DNA from: an uncultured virus (IMG/VR IMGVR_UViG_3300020187_000012)
Taxonomy: Duplodnaviria > Heunggongvirae > Uroviricota > Caudoviricetes
Length of the DNA: 63,503 bases
IMG/VR virus record: IMGVR_UViG_3300020187_000012
Location: 62,001-125,503 of that record
Reading direction: 5' to 3' (one strand)
Below, piece after piece: positions 27,101-36,350 of the stretch. A model generated the notes under the pieces. That model made no database searches. It was given only the letters and a program-made list of their open reading frames with translations, and was not told the DNA's origin. Position 1 is the first letter of the stretch. Each line of letters opens with the position of its first letter. The position numbers and the translations under genes were made by a program.

Positions 27101-28770
27101 AAATAGTATCGATTGAATTTAAAAATATCGCGTCTTACGGAAACAAAAAGCAAAAGCTTGAGTTCCCAGAAGATTCAGCAGAATTATATTTAACTTTAGG
27201 TAAAAATGGTTACGGTAAAACAACCATTGCAAATGCTATTGTATTTGGTTTATATGGTAAAGTTGAAGGTGTGAAACTCGGTGACTTACCTAATCGTATT
27301 AATAAAGAACTTTGGGTTAGAGTTAATGTGATTTGTGGTACAATGAATGTTGTTATCGAAAGAGGTTTAGCACCAAGCAAATTCAGCGTAACTATTAACG
27401 GTGTTGAATACGATAAGGCTGGTAAGAAATCTGTACAGGATTATTTAGAAGATGAAGTATATGGTATTCCATATCATGTATTTAAGAACATTATCATTTT
27501 ATCTATTAATGATTTCAAGTCTTTCTTGACAATGACACCTACTGATAAAAAACAAATTATCGATAGAATGTTTGGTTTCTCAGTATTGAATGATATGCAG
27601 CGTGTTGTTAAAGAAGACCGTAAAGTTCTCAAGTCTGACTTAGATAATTTTGAATCTGAATTGACACAAATCAATGAGTCTATTATTCAAGTTAAAATGC
27701 AACTTAATAAGATGCAAGCTGAGAGTGCTGAAAAAGATAAAGATAAGATTAAGCAGCTTAAAGACAAATTAGTTAAATTTAATGACAATAAGAACAAGCT
27801 TGAAGATGCACAACAAACTATCGTTAAACACCTGGGCAAACTTGAAGATGATTTATCTACTAAGAATGTAAGCTATTCTAATTTAAATTATGAATTGCAA
27901 ACACTTAAGAAAAAACTAGCACTTTACGAAAAGAACGCATGTCCAACATGTGAGACGCCATTAAATACTGAATTCCACACTGAAAAGAAAGATGCTTATA
28001 ATGTAAAAGCTGAGGCTATTCCAGGCAAAATGGAAGTATTAGAGTCTGAAGTTGGTGCTGTAAAGTCAAGTATTCAAGACGCTCGTACCAAGCAGTCAGC
28101 CATTCGTGATAAAGTATCAGCGTTGAAAACAAACATGCAGGTTATTAAGAATGAATTGATTAATATCCAAAAAGCATCAACAGACGCTGACCAGTTTGCA
28201 CATCTTGAAAACTTAATCAGTCAATTCAAAACACAAGAAGATGATAAGACTTCTGAAAAGTCAACAGTTTCTAATGATTATTACTTCCTTGAAACTATTG
28301 AAGCTATTTTAGGTGAAGATGGCGTAAAGAACATGGCAGTTAAAACAATCCTACCGGGGTTAAATGCTAATATTGCTGCGATGATTAACACAATGCACTT
28401 ACCGTTTCATATTAGATTTGATGATAAGTTTAATTGTATTATTAATCATCTAGGTGAAGAAATTAATCCAATGACACTTTCAACAGGTGAGCGTAAAGCT
28501 GCGGACTTTATTATCATTATTGCTATCATCAAGATTCTTAAGTTAAGATTCCCACAATTGAATCTATTATTTTTAGATGAGTTACTTTCATCAGTTGATT
28601 CTGACGGTGTTTATAACATACTTAAGATTTTAGCTCAAGTGATTAAAGAGAATAAAATCAACACGTTTGTGATTAACCATTCAGTTTTACCTCACGAAAT
28701 CTTTGATAAGAAAATACAGATTTATCGTGATAACGGTTTCTCTAAATTTGAAATTGAGACCATAGAATAG
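27097..28770 (+). CDS. gp46/SbcC-like SMC ATPase
   Basis: GKNGYGKTT, CPTC zinc hook, LSTGE signature, FLDE. Confidence 0.93.
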   Translation: MKIVSIEFKNIASYGNKKQKLEFPEDSAELYLTLGKNGYGKTTIANAIVFGLYGKVEGVKLGDLPNRINKELWVRVNVICGTMNVVIERGLAPSKFSVTINGVEYDKAGKKSVQDYLEDEVYGIPYHVFKNIIILSINDFKSFLTMTPTDKKQIIDRMFGFSVLNDMQRVVKEDRKVLKSDLDNFESELTQINESIIQVKMQLNKMQAESAEKDKDKIKQLKDKLVKFNDNKNKLEDAQQTIVKHLGKLEDDLSTKNVSYSNLNYELQTLKKKLALYEKNACPTCETPLNTEFHTEKKDAYNVKAEAIPGKMEVLESEVGAVKSSIQDARTKQSAIRDKVSALKTNMQVIKNELINIQKASTDADQFAHLENLISQFKTQEDDKTSEKSTVSNDYYFLETIEAILGEDGVKNMAVKTILPGLNANIAAMINTMHLPFHIRFDDKFNCIINHLGEEINPMTLSTGERKAADFIIIIAIIKILKLRFPQLNLLFLDELLSSVDSDGVYNILKILAQVIKENKINTFVINHSVLPHEIFDKKIQIYRDNGFSKFEIETIE

Positions 28771-28771
28771 A

Positions 28772-28779
28772 GATATATA
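28772..28779 (+). promoter_or_regulatory. Putative late promoter GATATATA
   Basis: Recurrent octamer. Confidence 0.7.
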
Positions 28780-28785
28780 CTATCT

Positions 28786-29574
28786 ATGGCAACGTACAAC
28801 GTAAAATTTAACAAGGATGATAGTGTTATTAGACACGTCATTATAGGTCTCTTGGCAGATTTAAATAATAAGGTGTACTTTTACCGTCAACTTGATAATA
28901 ATAAAAGAGTTGAGGTTGATGTACCTTTTTATTATGCAGTATCTGGCGATGAAGATTTCTTAAAGGATAACTTTTTATTCTTAACTAAAGATGGTTTAAG
29001 ATGTGAACCTGACGGTGCTAAAGCTGATGGTAATTACGATAGGGTTCCACGTGGTGTGGTAAACTTTACAGGTATGTCTATCGATTCTGCTAAATTAGTT
29101 AACAAGCGCATTAGAGGTTCATATACTAAGATGAATGAGAACGGCGCAATGGAAGGTTACAATGCTGAATTTGAAATGATTCCAGTTAACATTTCAGTTG
29201 ATGTTGAAATTATCACATCATCACAGTTAGATAACTTTAAGATTGTTGAACGTATTATTAAAAGACTGTATAAATCAAATCAATATAATATAGAGGTTGG
29301 TGATTTGAATGAGGGTTCTTATAGACTTTCATCTTATTATGCAATGCCTGAGGATTATACAGTAGAAAGACCTATTGAATTTTCATTTGATTCAAATGAA
29401 GGTTATAAGGTTACATTCTCATTAGAAATTAATTCATTCATTCCATCGTTTGAATGGGAAACTGAAATGCATGTTGGTAACAGGATGTTTGAAATCCACA
29501 CACAGCCTACAAACACTAAGCAAGAGGATTTTAATAGAACATCTGATGATAATCCAAAACGCATCGTAGAGTAA
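28786..29574 (+). CDS. gp15-like tail sheath stabiliser/terminator
   Basis: IRH.I.GLL..LN, VPFYY, VPR, IPVNI....EI pattern. Confidence 0.65.
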   Translation: MATYNVKFNKDDSVIRHVIIGLLADLNNKVYFYRQLDNNKRVEVDVPFYYAVSGDEDFLKDNFLFLTKDGLRCEPDGAKADGNYDRVPRGVVNFTGMSIDSAKLVNKRIRGSYTKMNENGAMEGYNAEFEMIPVNISVDVEIITSSQLDNFKIVERIIKRLYKSNQYNIEVGDLNEGSYRLSSYYAMPEDYTVERPIEFSFDSNEGYKVTFSLEINSFIPSFEWETEMHVGNRMFEIHTQPTNTKQEDFNRTSDDNPKRIVE

Positions 29575-29582
29575 GATATATA
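29575..29582 (+). promoter_or_regulatory. Putative late promoter GATATATA
   Basis: Recurrent octamer. Confidence 0.7.
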
Positions 29583-29605
29583 AAAAAATAAAGAATATTA
29601 TAACT

Positions 29606-30370
29606 ATGAATCTATCACCAGTTAAAATTATTAACGAAAACGAAATTGAATTTTACCTACACGGTAAATCATTCACCGTAAACACTACTGAAAATACTGT
29701 AGTTGAAAACGAAACTATTTCAAAAGAACTTCACACATTAGCATGGGCTGTTGAAAACTTCCAGTTCATTGAAGATAAAATTGTATGGCATAAAGGTATA
29801 CACAAAATGTGGTACAACATTACTGAATCAAAATTCTACATGGGTAATACTGAAGTTTTAGATGAAGGTTTTGTCAACTTTATCATGTCTGCTGGAGTTA
29901 TTAGATATAACGAAAAGCCAGTTGCTGAGGCATTTGTATATGCTGCAAATAATGCTGAATCATTTGTTAATTTAGACTTTGTTAAAACAGTTAATGAAAA
30001 TGGTAACCTAATTGACGTTATGAAGTTTGGCGAAAACATTTACATTTCTAGAATTAATGAAGCTGCTAAAATCTATAATTTCTTTAAGGCAAACACTGCA
30101 AATGCTGCGGTTGAGTATGTTAATGAAAAGACTAATGTAAACATCACTGAATTTGTTGCTGAATTAGTTGAAGGTGAATTAACTGAATACGTTGACGCAC
30201 TTGATGAAATTGCAAAGAAGCAAGAAATCATTACATTCTTAAAAGATCAAAGAAACAGATTAGCTGAAGCTGATAAATCAATTGAAGAAATCAATGCAGC
30301 AGACGCACTTATTGAAAGTGAGATTGCTAAATTTGAAACTGAAATTAAAGAATTAAAAGCTACGCTATAG
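29606..30370 (+). CDS. Hypothetical late protein with C-terminal coiled coil
   Basis: Late promoter; acidic with many xNE motifs. Confidence 0.7.
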   Translation: MNLSPVKIINENEIEFYLHGKSFTVNTTENTVVENETISKELHTLAWAVENFQFIEDKIVWHKGIHKMWYNITESKFYMGNTEVLDEGFVNFIMSAGVIRYNEKPVAEAFVYAANNAESFVNLDFVKTVNENGNLIDVMKFGENIYISRINEAAKIYNFFKANTANAAVEYVNEKTNVNITEFVAELVEGELTEYVDALDEIAKKQEIITFLKDQRNRLAEADKSIEEINAADALIESEIAKFETEIKELKATL

Positions 30371-30471
30371 TGCAATCTAAAGTTATTAAGACATTAGAGC
30401 TGGAAGACGGCGAAGGCATTTAAATTGCTCAAATCTTATTAAGATACCTCGGGGTTCTATTCCTAGGGATC

Positions 30472-30495
30472 AAGCCCGGTAATCCCGGGCTTTTT
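30472..30495 (+). terminator. Intrinsic terminator
   Basis: aagcccgg/ccgggctt plus T-tract. Confidence 0.85.
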
Positions 30496-30510
30496 ACTTG
30501 TGTCTCTTTT

Positions 30511-30539
30511 GAAACACTTAATGATAACTATCGTATAAT
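30511..30539 (+). promoter_or_regulatory. Putative middle promoter GAAACA-N17-TATAAT
   Basis: Recurrent motif; upstream of the late sigma gene. Confidence 0.7.
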
Positions 30540-30571
30540 AAGTAATAATATTAATAACAACTACACTAATC

Positions 30572-30946
30572 GTGGCTAGAAAAAAGAATTATTTAAATAA
30601 TAAAGACCTTTACGCAGAGATTGTAAAGTCAAAAGAACAGGATAAGCTGACGCCGACTGCTGAAAAAATGCTTATACTATTGGCTGAAAACGCAATTCGT
30701 AAAATGTCATATGTTTATAATGATGATAGGCAAGATTGTTTGCAGTTTGCTATACTTGATCTTTTAAAGTACTGGCGTAACTTTAATCCAAAGTATCCTA
30801 ACGCATTTGCATACTTTACGGAGATTGCGAAACGTGGCTACGCTAAAGGTTGGAATAAAATTCACCCGGTTAAATATAAAGATACAATGTCAATTGATAG
30901 AGCAGGTGCTAAACCAGGTGAAGAAGGTGGCTTGTTTTCTATATAA
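30572..30946 (+). CDS. gp55-like late-transcription sigma factor
   Basis: NYLNNKDL, NFNP, NAFAYFTEI motifs; GTG start. Confidence 0.85.
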   Translation: MARKKNYLNNKDLYAEIVKSKEQDKLTPTAEKMLILLAENAIRKMSYVYNDDRQDCLQFAILDLLKYWRNFNPKYPNAFAYFTEIAKRGYAKGWNKIHPVKYKDTMSIDRAGAKPGEEGGLFSI

Positions 30947-31422
30947 TGTCAATCAAGAAGGTTCGCCCTACAAAAAAGTCTAAGTTTATACAAGGTTATT
31001 TTAAACCTAATAATCCTTCAAAATATGTAGGACCTGAACCTATTATATACAGGTCATCTTGGGAACGTAAGTTTATGATGTGGTGCGATAATAACGAGCT
31101 TGTTATTATGTGGTCATCTGAACCTGTTGAAATACCATATTGGTCAAAACTTCATAAAAAGCAACGTAAGTATTATCCTGACTTTTATATTAAAGTTAAA
31201 AAGCACGATGGCGAAATTGACCATATCCTTATAGAGATTAAGCCAGAGGCTCAAATCAAAAAACCAAAACCACCCACTAAAAATTCTAAAAAAGCTTTAG
31301 ACAATTACAGATTTCTTGCAGAACAGTACGTAATTAATAAGGATAAATATATTGCGGCACAACACTTTGCCAATGATAGAGGTTGGCGGTTTGCTGTAAT
31401 GACAGAAAAGTCTCTTAAATAA
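30946..31422 (+). CDS. gp4-like head completion nuclease
   Basis: PKNP-like KPNNPSKY, YRSSWE, WSSE, YYPDF, EIKP. Confidence 0.9.
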   Translation: MSIKKVRPTKKSKFIQGYFKPNNPSKYVGPEPIIYRSSWERKFMMWCDNNELVIMWSSEPVEIPYWSKLHKKQRKYYPDFYIKVKKHDGEIDHILIEIKPEAQIKKPKPPTKNSKKALDNYRFLAEQYVINKDKYIAAQHFANDRGWRFAVMTEKSLK

Positions 31423-32027
31423 TGGGTCAAATTAAAAAAGACATTCAAGCTTTGGTTTCAGAATTAGGTTCTAAATCAAATGCCATTAAGGAATCAACTA
31501 AATGGTATTCAACATCGTTATCAGCTTTTAGAAATAAAGAGGTTGTTAAGTACGGTGAGCGATTCAGACCTGGTAAGATTTATGTATTTAGGTATGATAA
31601 CCCTATTACAGAAAATATAGAGTGGTGGGATAGAAATCCAGTTGTTTTAGCCTTAGACCCACATAAAAGCAACGATGTCGGTATAAATCTAAACATGCTG
31701 CCACAAGATGTAAAAGAAACATTACTGGATGATTTACATATAAGATTAAATGGGCAGATAAAAACCAACAAAACAAGGTCGCCTAATAATGCATCGGGTC
31801 AAGGTCAATTAAACCTAACATATGCCGGTGCAAAACGTTATTTAGACAAGTTTGGTTGTGGTTTTGCTATAAGACAATATAAACCAAACTTAAAAGCTAA
31901 ACAAGCTGTGGTGTCTTATGAGAACTGGTCAAAGATTGTACTTTGTGATTTTGCAGATTTTGAAGGTATTTCAAGAGGTGCGGTAATGGCGATGTATAGA
32001 AAGTATTATAATAATAAGAATATATAA
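31422..32027 (+). CDS. gp2-like DNA end protector
   Basis: PGKIYVFRY, WDRNP, GINLNMLP motifs. Confidence 0.8.
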   Translation: MGQIKKDIQALVSELGSKSNAIKESTKWYSTSLSAFRNKEVVKYGERFRPGKIYVFRYDNPITENIEWWDRNPVVLALDPHKSNDVGINLNMLPQDVKETLLDDLHIRLNGQIKTNKTRSPNNASGQGQLNLTYAGAKRYLDKFGCGFAIRQYKPNLKAKQAVVSYENWSKIVLCDFADFEGISRGAVMAMYRKYYNNKNI

Positions 32028-32045
32028 ACAAATTAAAGCAATTAA

Positions 32046-33647
32046 ATGGCAGGTTTTGTAAATCCAAAAAATGGACCTCTTTCTTACGGTAAGAGACCAT
32101 TTACTTTAAGTACGGCTCTTAAGAGTCTTTCGTCGTTTGGAATGTATTATGATGACATGGTACTTCGCCAATCACAGGCAATTGGCCCAGTAGAAGATGC
32201 ATTAGGCTACGGTCAAATGAACATGATGGGTGTTGACAATGACGATATGTACAGTGCATTCGCATCGCTGTCAATGGCTGATACTAATATGCGTAAGTCA
32301 ATCCCTCTTTTTGATAGGGATTACGAATCTAAGAGAGAAGAGCTTAGAAAATTTTCGCTAAATGATGAGATTGAAGATATACTTGACATCCTTTGTGATG
32401 AAACAATGGTATATGACGAAAAGAATTTCTTTTGTTATCCAGATATTATTGGCTTAGATGTATCTGATGAGGTTGATGCTTATTTTAAAAGGTCGTTCAG
32501 GCAGATTTATCAATACTTCGGATTTAACGGTGACCAATCAGCTTGGTACTTTTTTAGAAAGTTTCTGATTGACGGTTATCTTTCATTTGAAATCATTTAT
32601 AATGAAGCACAAACTGAAATCATAGGCTTTAAAGAGATTGACCCAATTACTTTAATGCCAGGTTTCAACAGTGACGACGGTAAAAAGGTATGGATTCAGT
32701 TTAAGGATAATCCAATGAAGGAAAGAGTACTTTATGATTCACAAATCATTTATATCTCTTACTCTTCTATTACAACAGTATCTAGAGTTTCTTATGTTGA
32801 GCGTTTGATTAGAGCGTTTAACTTGATGAGAATTATGGAACACACTCGTGTAATTTGGGCGGTTACTAATGCTTCATTTAGAATGAAGTTTGTTATCCCA
32901 ATGGGTGGTAAGTCTAAGACAAGGGCTAAACAGTCTCTTGCACAGTTAATGAACAACTATAAAGAGGTTGTAGACTTTGATTGGGAATCAGGTACATTAG
33001 AGACTGATGGTAAACCAATGCTACAATTCTCAAGAGAATACTGGTTACCTTCTAAAGAGGGTGAAACACCAGAAATAGAAACGCTTGGTGGTGACGGACC
33101 AGACCTTTCAGATACGGAAGCACTTAAGTACTTTGCAGATAAATTAAAGCATGTTTCTAAAATTCCTTATAATAGATTCATGTATGAAGACGGTGGTGGT
33201 GATTTCAACCTAGCTGCCGATGGTATGATTAGAGATGAGATTAAGTTTTCTAAGTTTATTAGAAGACTTCGTTCAGCATTCCAAGAGGTATTAGTTAAAC
33301 CAATGTACTTACAAATGTGTTTAAAATATCCTGAGTTTGCTAATGACCCACAATTTAAAACTCAAATTGCATTAAGATTCAACGAGGAGAATATGTTCGC
33401 TGAACTTAAGAATATGGAAATCATGGAAAGAAGACTAGAATTTATTGGTGCAATGAGAGATAACTTAATGGTTACTAATGCAGCAACAATGGAAGAAGAT
33501 CACTTCTTTGATATGGACTTCTTAGTTGACAAGTACTTAAAACTATCACCGGACGATAAAGAGGCAAATGCTGCATATAAGGCAAGGTCAACTGAATCTG
33601 AGGCTGGTGAAGAACCGGAAGACCCAATGGGTGCAATGGGCATGTAA
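32046..33647 (+). CDS. gp20-like portal protein
   Basis: FLIDG, SYVER....N, EYWLP, TPEIETLGG, RDEIKFSKFI. Confidence 0.93.
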   Translation: MAGFVNPKNGPLSYGKRPFTLSTALKSLSSFGMYYDDMVLRQSQAIGPVEDALGYGQMNMMGVDNDDMYSAFASLSMADTNMRKSIPLFDRDYESKREELRKFSLNDEIEDILDILCDETMVYDEKNFFCYPDIIGLDVSDEVDAYFKRSFRQIYQYFGFNGDQSAWYFFRKFLIDGYLSFEIIYNEAQTEIIGFKEIDPITLMPGFNSDDGKKVWIQFKDNPMKERVLYDSQIIYISYSSITTVSRVSYVERLIRAFNLMRIMEHTRVIWAVTNASFRMKFVIPMGGKSKTRAKQSLAQLMNNYKEVVDFDWESGTLETDGKPMLQFSREYWLPSKEGETPEIETLGGDGPDLSDTEALKYFADKLKHVSKIPYNRFMYEDGGGDFNLAADGMIRDEIKFSKFIRRLRSAFQEVLVKPMYLQMCLKYPEFANDPQFKTQIALRFNEENMFAELKNMEIMERRLEFIGAMRDNLMVTNAATMEEDHFFDMDFLVDKYLKLSPDDKEANAAYKARSTESEAGEEPEDPMGAMGM

Positions 33648-33663
33648 AAAAATTAAAACTAAA

Positions 33664-33996
33664 ATGATTATAAAAACATTTGAACAGTTTATAGCTATTA
33701 AAGAAAATGCTATTAATGCAGGGCCAGAGTCTGAGGTTGTAATTGATGATATGATTACAACCAATGGTACTGAAATTTCCTCAGAAGAAATCTTAGGTAT
33801 TGTTGTATCTTCAGATAACGAAAAACAGGTTGAAACTAAGATTCGTGAAAAGTATGGTGAGTTAGCATTTTCTACAGAAGACATATCTATTATTAAAAAA
33901 TACTGGAATGACTATTCAGCTGAAAACAAAGAAAAAGAGTTAGAGGCTGAAAAAGAAGCAGAGGGTGGTGAAGAAGACCCAACTGCGGGTATTTAA
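33664..33996 (+). CDS. Acidic prohead core-like protein
   Basis: Between portal and protease; ATG 33664 gives MIIKTFEQFIAIKE. Confidence 0.6.
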   Translation: MIIKTFEQFIAIKENAINAGPESEVVIDDMITTNGTEISSEEILGIVVSSDNEKQVETKIREKYGELAFSTEDISIIKKYWNDYSAENKEKELEAEKEAEGGEEDPTAGI

Positions 33997-34030
33997 TATA
34001 AAAAAACAAAATTCTTTGTTTTTTAACGTT

Positions 34031-34038
34031 GATATATA
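34031..34038 (+). promoter_or_regulatory. Putative late promoter GATATATA
   Basis: Recurrent octamer. Confidence 0.7.
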
Positions 34039-34059
34039 AACAAACATACTAACAGATTC

Positions 34060-36207
34060 ATGAATTATAATAATCTATTAATACTTGAAAGATCATCAAG
34101 TACTCTAATCGCTGACGAAAAGTCTGGCAATTATGTACTAGAGGGTATCTTCGGTGAGATCGATAAGAAAAACAAAAACAATCGTATCTATACTGAAGGT
34201 GAATATGTACCTCAAATTGAAGCTCTTCAAGAAAAAATTAAGTCATCAAAACTTCTAGGTGAATTAGATCACCCTGCTAAGTTTGATGTATCATTAAAGA
34301 ATGTATCGCACATTATCGAAGAATTATATTACGATAGCGATCTTAAACAAGTTAAGGGTAAAATCAGATTACTAGATACAGATGCTGGCCGTCAGGCTAA
34401 AGCACTTGTAGATGCTGGTGTACCTTTACAAATATCTTCTAGAGCTGCCGGTGAAGTTAGTGAGGGCGGTCAAGTTAAAATTAAACAACTATTCACTTAT
34501 GATTTAGTTGCCGACCCGGGTTTTGCAAATGCTGAGCTTAATAGAGTTAACGAATCTTTTGGATTTGAGTCAGACAGTAACATTCAAATCTTTGAGATGA
34601 TGCCTGAAACTCTGGTTACAGAAACTGAAAATATCAAAACTGAAAATAATACAAATAATACAACATCAATCATGGAAAATCAAGCTAGATTTGTAAGTGT
34701 TGAAGACTTTAACAAGTACTCTACGTACTTAGCTGAAGAAATCAAAGCACTTAAAGAATCTCTTGCAGGTACTTCTACTGAAGATATTGAAGAGAAAATG
34801 GAAGCGCTTACAAATTATGTAGAGCACGTTGCTGAAAAAGCAGACCAGGGCATTCAATACACTGAGTACATTGCAGAGAACCTAGATAAGTCAATCGACT
34901 ATTCTAACTATGTTGCTGAAAAATTAGATAATTCTATTTCTTATTCAGAGCACGTTGCAGAAGCTGCGTCAAACGTTAAGGAATACGCAAATTATTTAGC
35001 AGAAGCAATGAACGAAGGTGCCGCTGATTACGAAAACGTAACAAAGTACTTAAACTATTTAAAAGAAAATGTAGAGTCTGTATCTGAGTATGCTGACTAC
35101 ATTGCTGAAACAATCAACACTAACCTAATTGTTGAAACTGAAGTTGCAAACGACGGTGACGATGTTACAGGCACTGAAGCTGACGACCTTAAGTCTGATG
35201 CTAAAGAGATTAACAATGATGTTAATGCACCCGAAGACAAGTCTGCAGAATTAGAAGCTGACTTAGCTAAAGATGCTGCACCATCTAAAGTAGTTGTTGA
35301 AGCTGATATTAAAGCAAACGACGGTGACGATGTTACAGGCGTTGAAGCAGATGACCTTAAGTCTGATGCTAAAGAGATTAACAATGATGTTAATGCACCC
35401 GAAGACAAGTCTGCAGAATTAGAAGCTGACTTAGCTAAAGATGCTGCGCCATCTAAAGAAGTAGTTGAATCTGAAGAAGCTGAAGAAGAAGTTGCTGAAG
35501 AAGAAGCTGAAGAAGAAACTGAAGAAGTAGTTGAATCTGAAGTTGCTGAAGAAGAAGCTGAAGAAGAAACTGAAGAAGTAGTTGAATCTGAAGAAGCTGA
35601 AGAAGAAGCAATTGAAGAATCATGTGGTACATGTGGTGCAAACCCATGTGAGTGTGCTTCTGAATCGGTTGATGCTGTAGAAGCATACAAAAACGAAATT
35701 TCTGAAAAACTTTCTGCTTTAATTAACAAAGCAACTGTTAAAGAAAATAATAACCCACACTTCTTCAAACTAGTATCTGAAGCAACTCAAGAAAAGTATA
35801 ACGCTTTAGAAGAAGCTGACAAGACTAAAGTACTTTCTTCAATTGAAGGTAGGGGTTACTTAACTGAAGGTCAAATCAATACTTTAATGGAATCTGCTTT
35901 AGTAGAGGTTGCTGGTCAAACAACACCTTATTTTGTTGAAGCAATGCCATCTGAGTACAGAGAGACTTGGACTAAACTATCAGAGGCTAAGAAATCAGTG
36001 ATTTCCGCTCAAGCTAGAATGGTTAAGCTAACGACACCATACCAAGTTAAAAACTTCTGGGACACAAGAGACCTAAGAGAAACATCAGCGGTAATGGAAA
36101 GAGTTGAAATGATTACTGAAGCTAAGAAAATCGAAGCTCCTAAATCAACGCTAACGTATAACACTGATGGTATTGGTGAGGCTTTAGCAAAAAGATTTAA
36201 AAAATAA
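34060..36207 (+). CDS. gp21-like prohead protease fused to gp22-like scaffold
   Basis: NKNNRIY, GELDHP, ISSRAAG, YDLVADP, followed by a long acidic coiled-coil region. Confidence 0.9.
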   Translation: MNYNNLLILERSSSTLIADEKSGNYVLEGIFGEIDKKNKNNRIYTEGEYVPQIEALQEKIKSSKLLGELDHPAKFDVSLKNVSHIIEELYYDSDLKQVKGKIRLLDTDAGRQAKALVDAGVPLQISSRAAGEVSEGGQVKIKQLFTYDLVADPGFANAELNRVNESFGFESDSNIQIFEMMPETLVTETENIKTENNTNNTTSIMENQARFVSVEDFNKYSTYLAEEIKALKESLAGTSTEDIEEKMEALTNYVEHVAEKADQGIQYTEYIAENLDKSIDYSNYVAEKLDNSISYSEHVAEAASNVKEYANYLAEAMNEGAADYENVTKYLNYLKENVESVSEYADYIAETINTNLIVETEVANDGDDVTGTEADDLKSDAKEINNDVNAPEDKSAELEADLAKDAAPSKVVVEADIKANDGDDVTGVEADDLKSDAKEINNDVNAPEDKSAELEADLAKDAAPSKEVVESEEAEEEVAEEEAEEETEEVVESEVAEEEAEEETEEVVESEEAEEEAIEESCGTCGANPCECASESVDAVEAYKNEISEKLSALINKATVKENNNPHFFKLVSEATQEKYNALEEADKTKVLSSIEGRGYLTEGQINTLMESALVEVAGQTTPYFVEAMPSEYRETWTKLSEAKKSVISAQARMVKLTTPYQVKNFWDTRDLRETSAVMERVEMITEAKKIEAPKSTLTYNTDGIGEALAKRFKK
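35146..35610 (+). repeat. 168-bp tandem duplication followed by EEEAEEETEEVVES repeats
   Basis: gcaaacgacggtgacgatgttacaggc at 35146 and 35314; Glu-rich repeats to ~35610. Confidence 0.9.
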
Positions 36208-36258
36208 TCAAAAAAACAAAAAAATCATTTTTTTAGCGTAATACTCTAAAAGTACAAT

Positions 36259-36266
36259 GATATATA
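36259..36266 (+). promoter_or_regulatory. Putative late promoter GATATATA (MCP)
   Basis: Recurrent octamer. Confidence 0.75.
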
Positions 36267-36272
36267 ATAAAA

Positions 36273-36314
36273 TCGACGAAAGGACGACAGAAGCAAAACG
36301 TCCGAGCATGTCGA
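36273..36314 (+). promoter_or_regulatory. Structured 5' leader of major capsid mRNA
   Basis: Nested tcgac/gtcga and ggacg/cgtcc stems. Confidence 0.55.
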
Positions 36315-36350
36315 ATTAAACAACAGCCTAAAAATAATAAAATTAATACA

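Noticed and set aside
30371..30470. Intergenic region with short palindromes after the 29606 gene
   Set aside because: Only weak AT-rich stems apart from the terminator; no supportable structure
35097..35768. Long minus-strand ORFs opposite acidic genes (also 1933-2382, 35453-35686 and others)
   Set aside because: Antisense shadows of biased GAA/GCT codon usage with low-complexity Ser/Leu products
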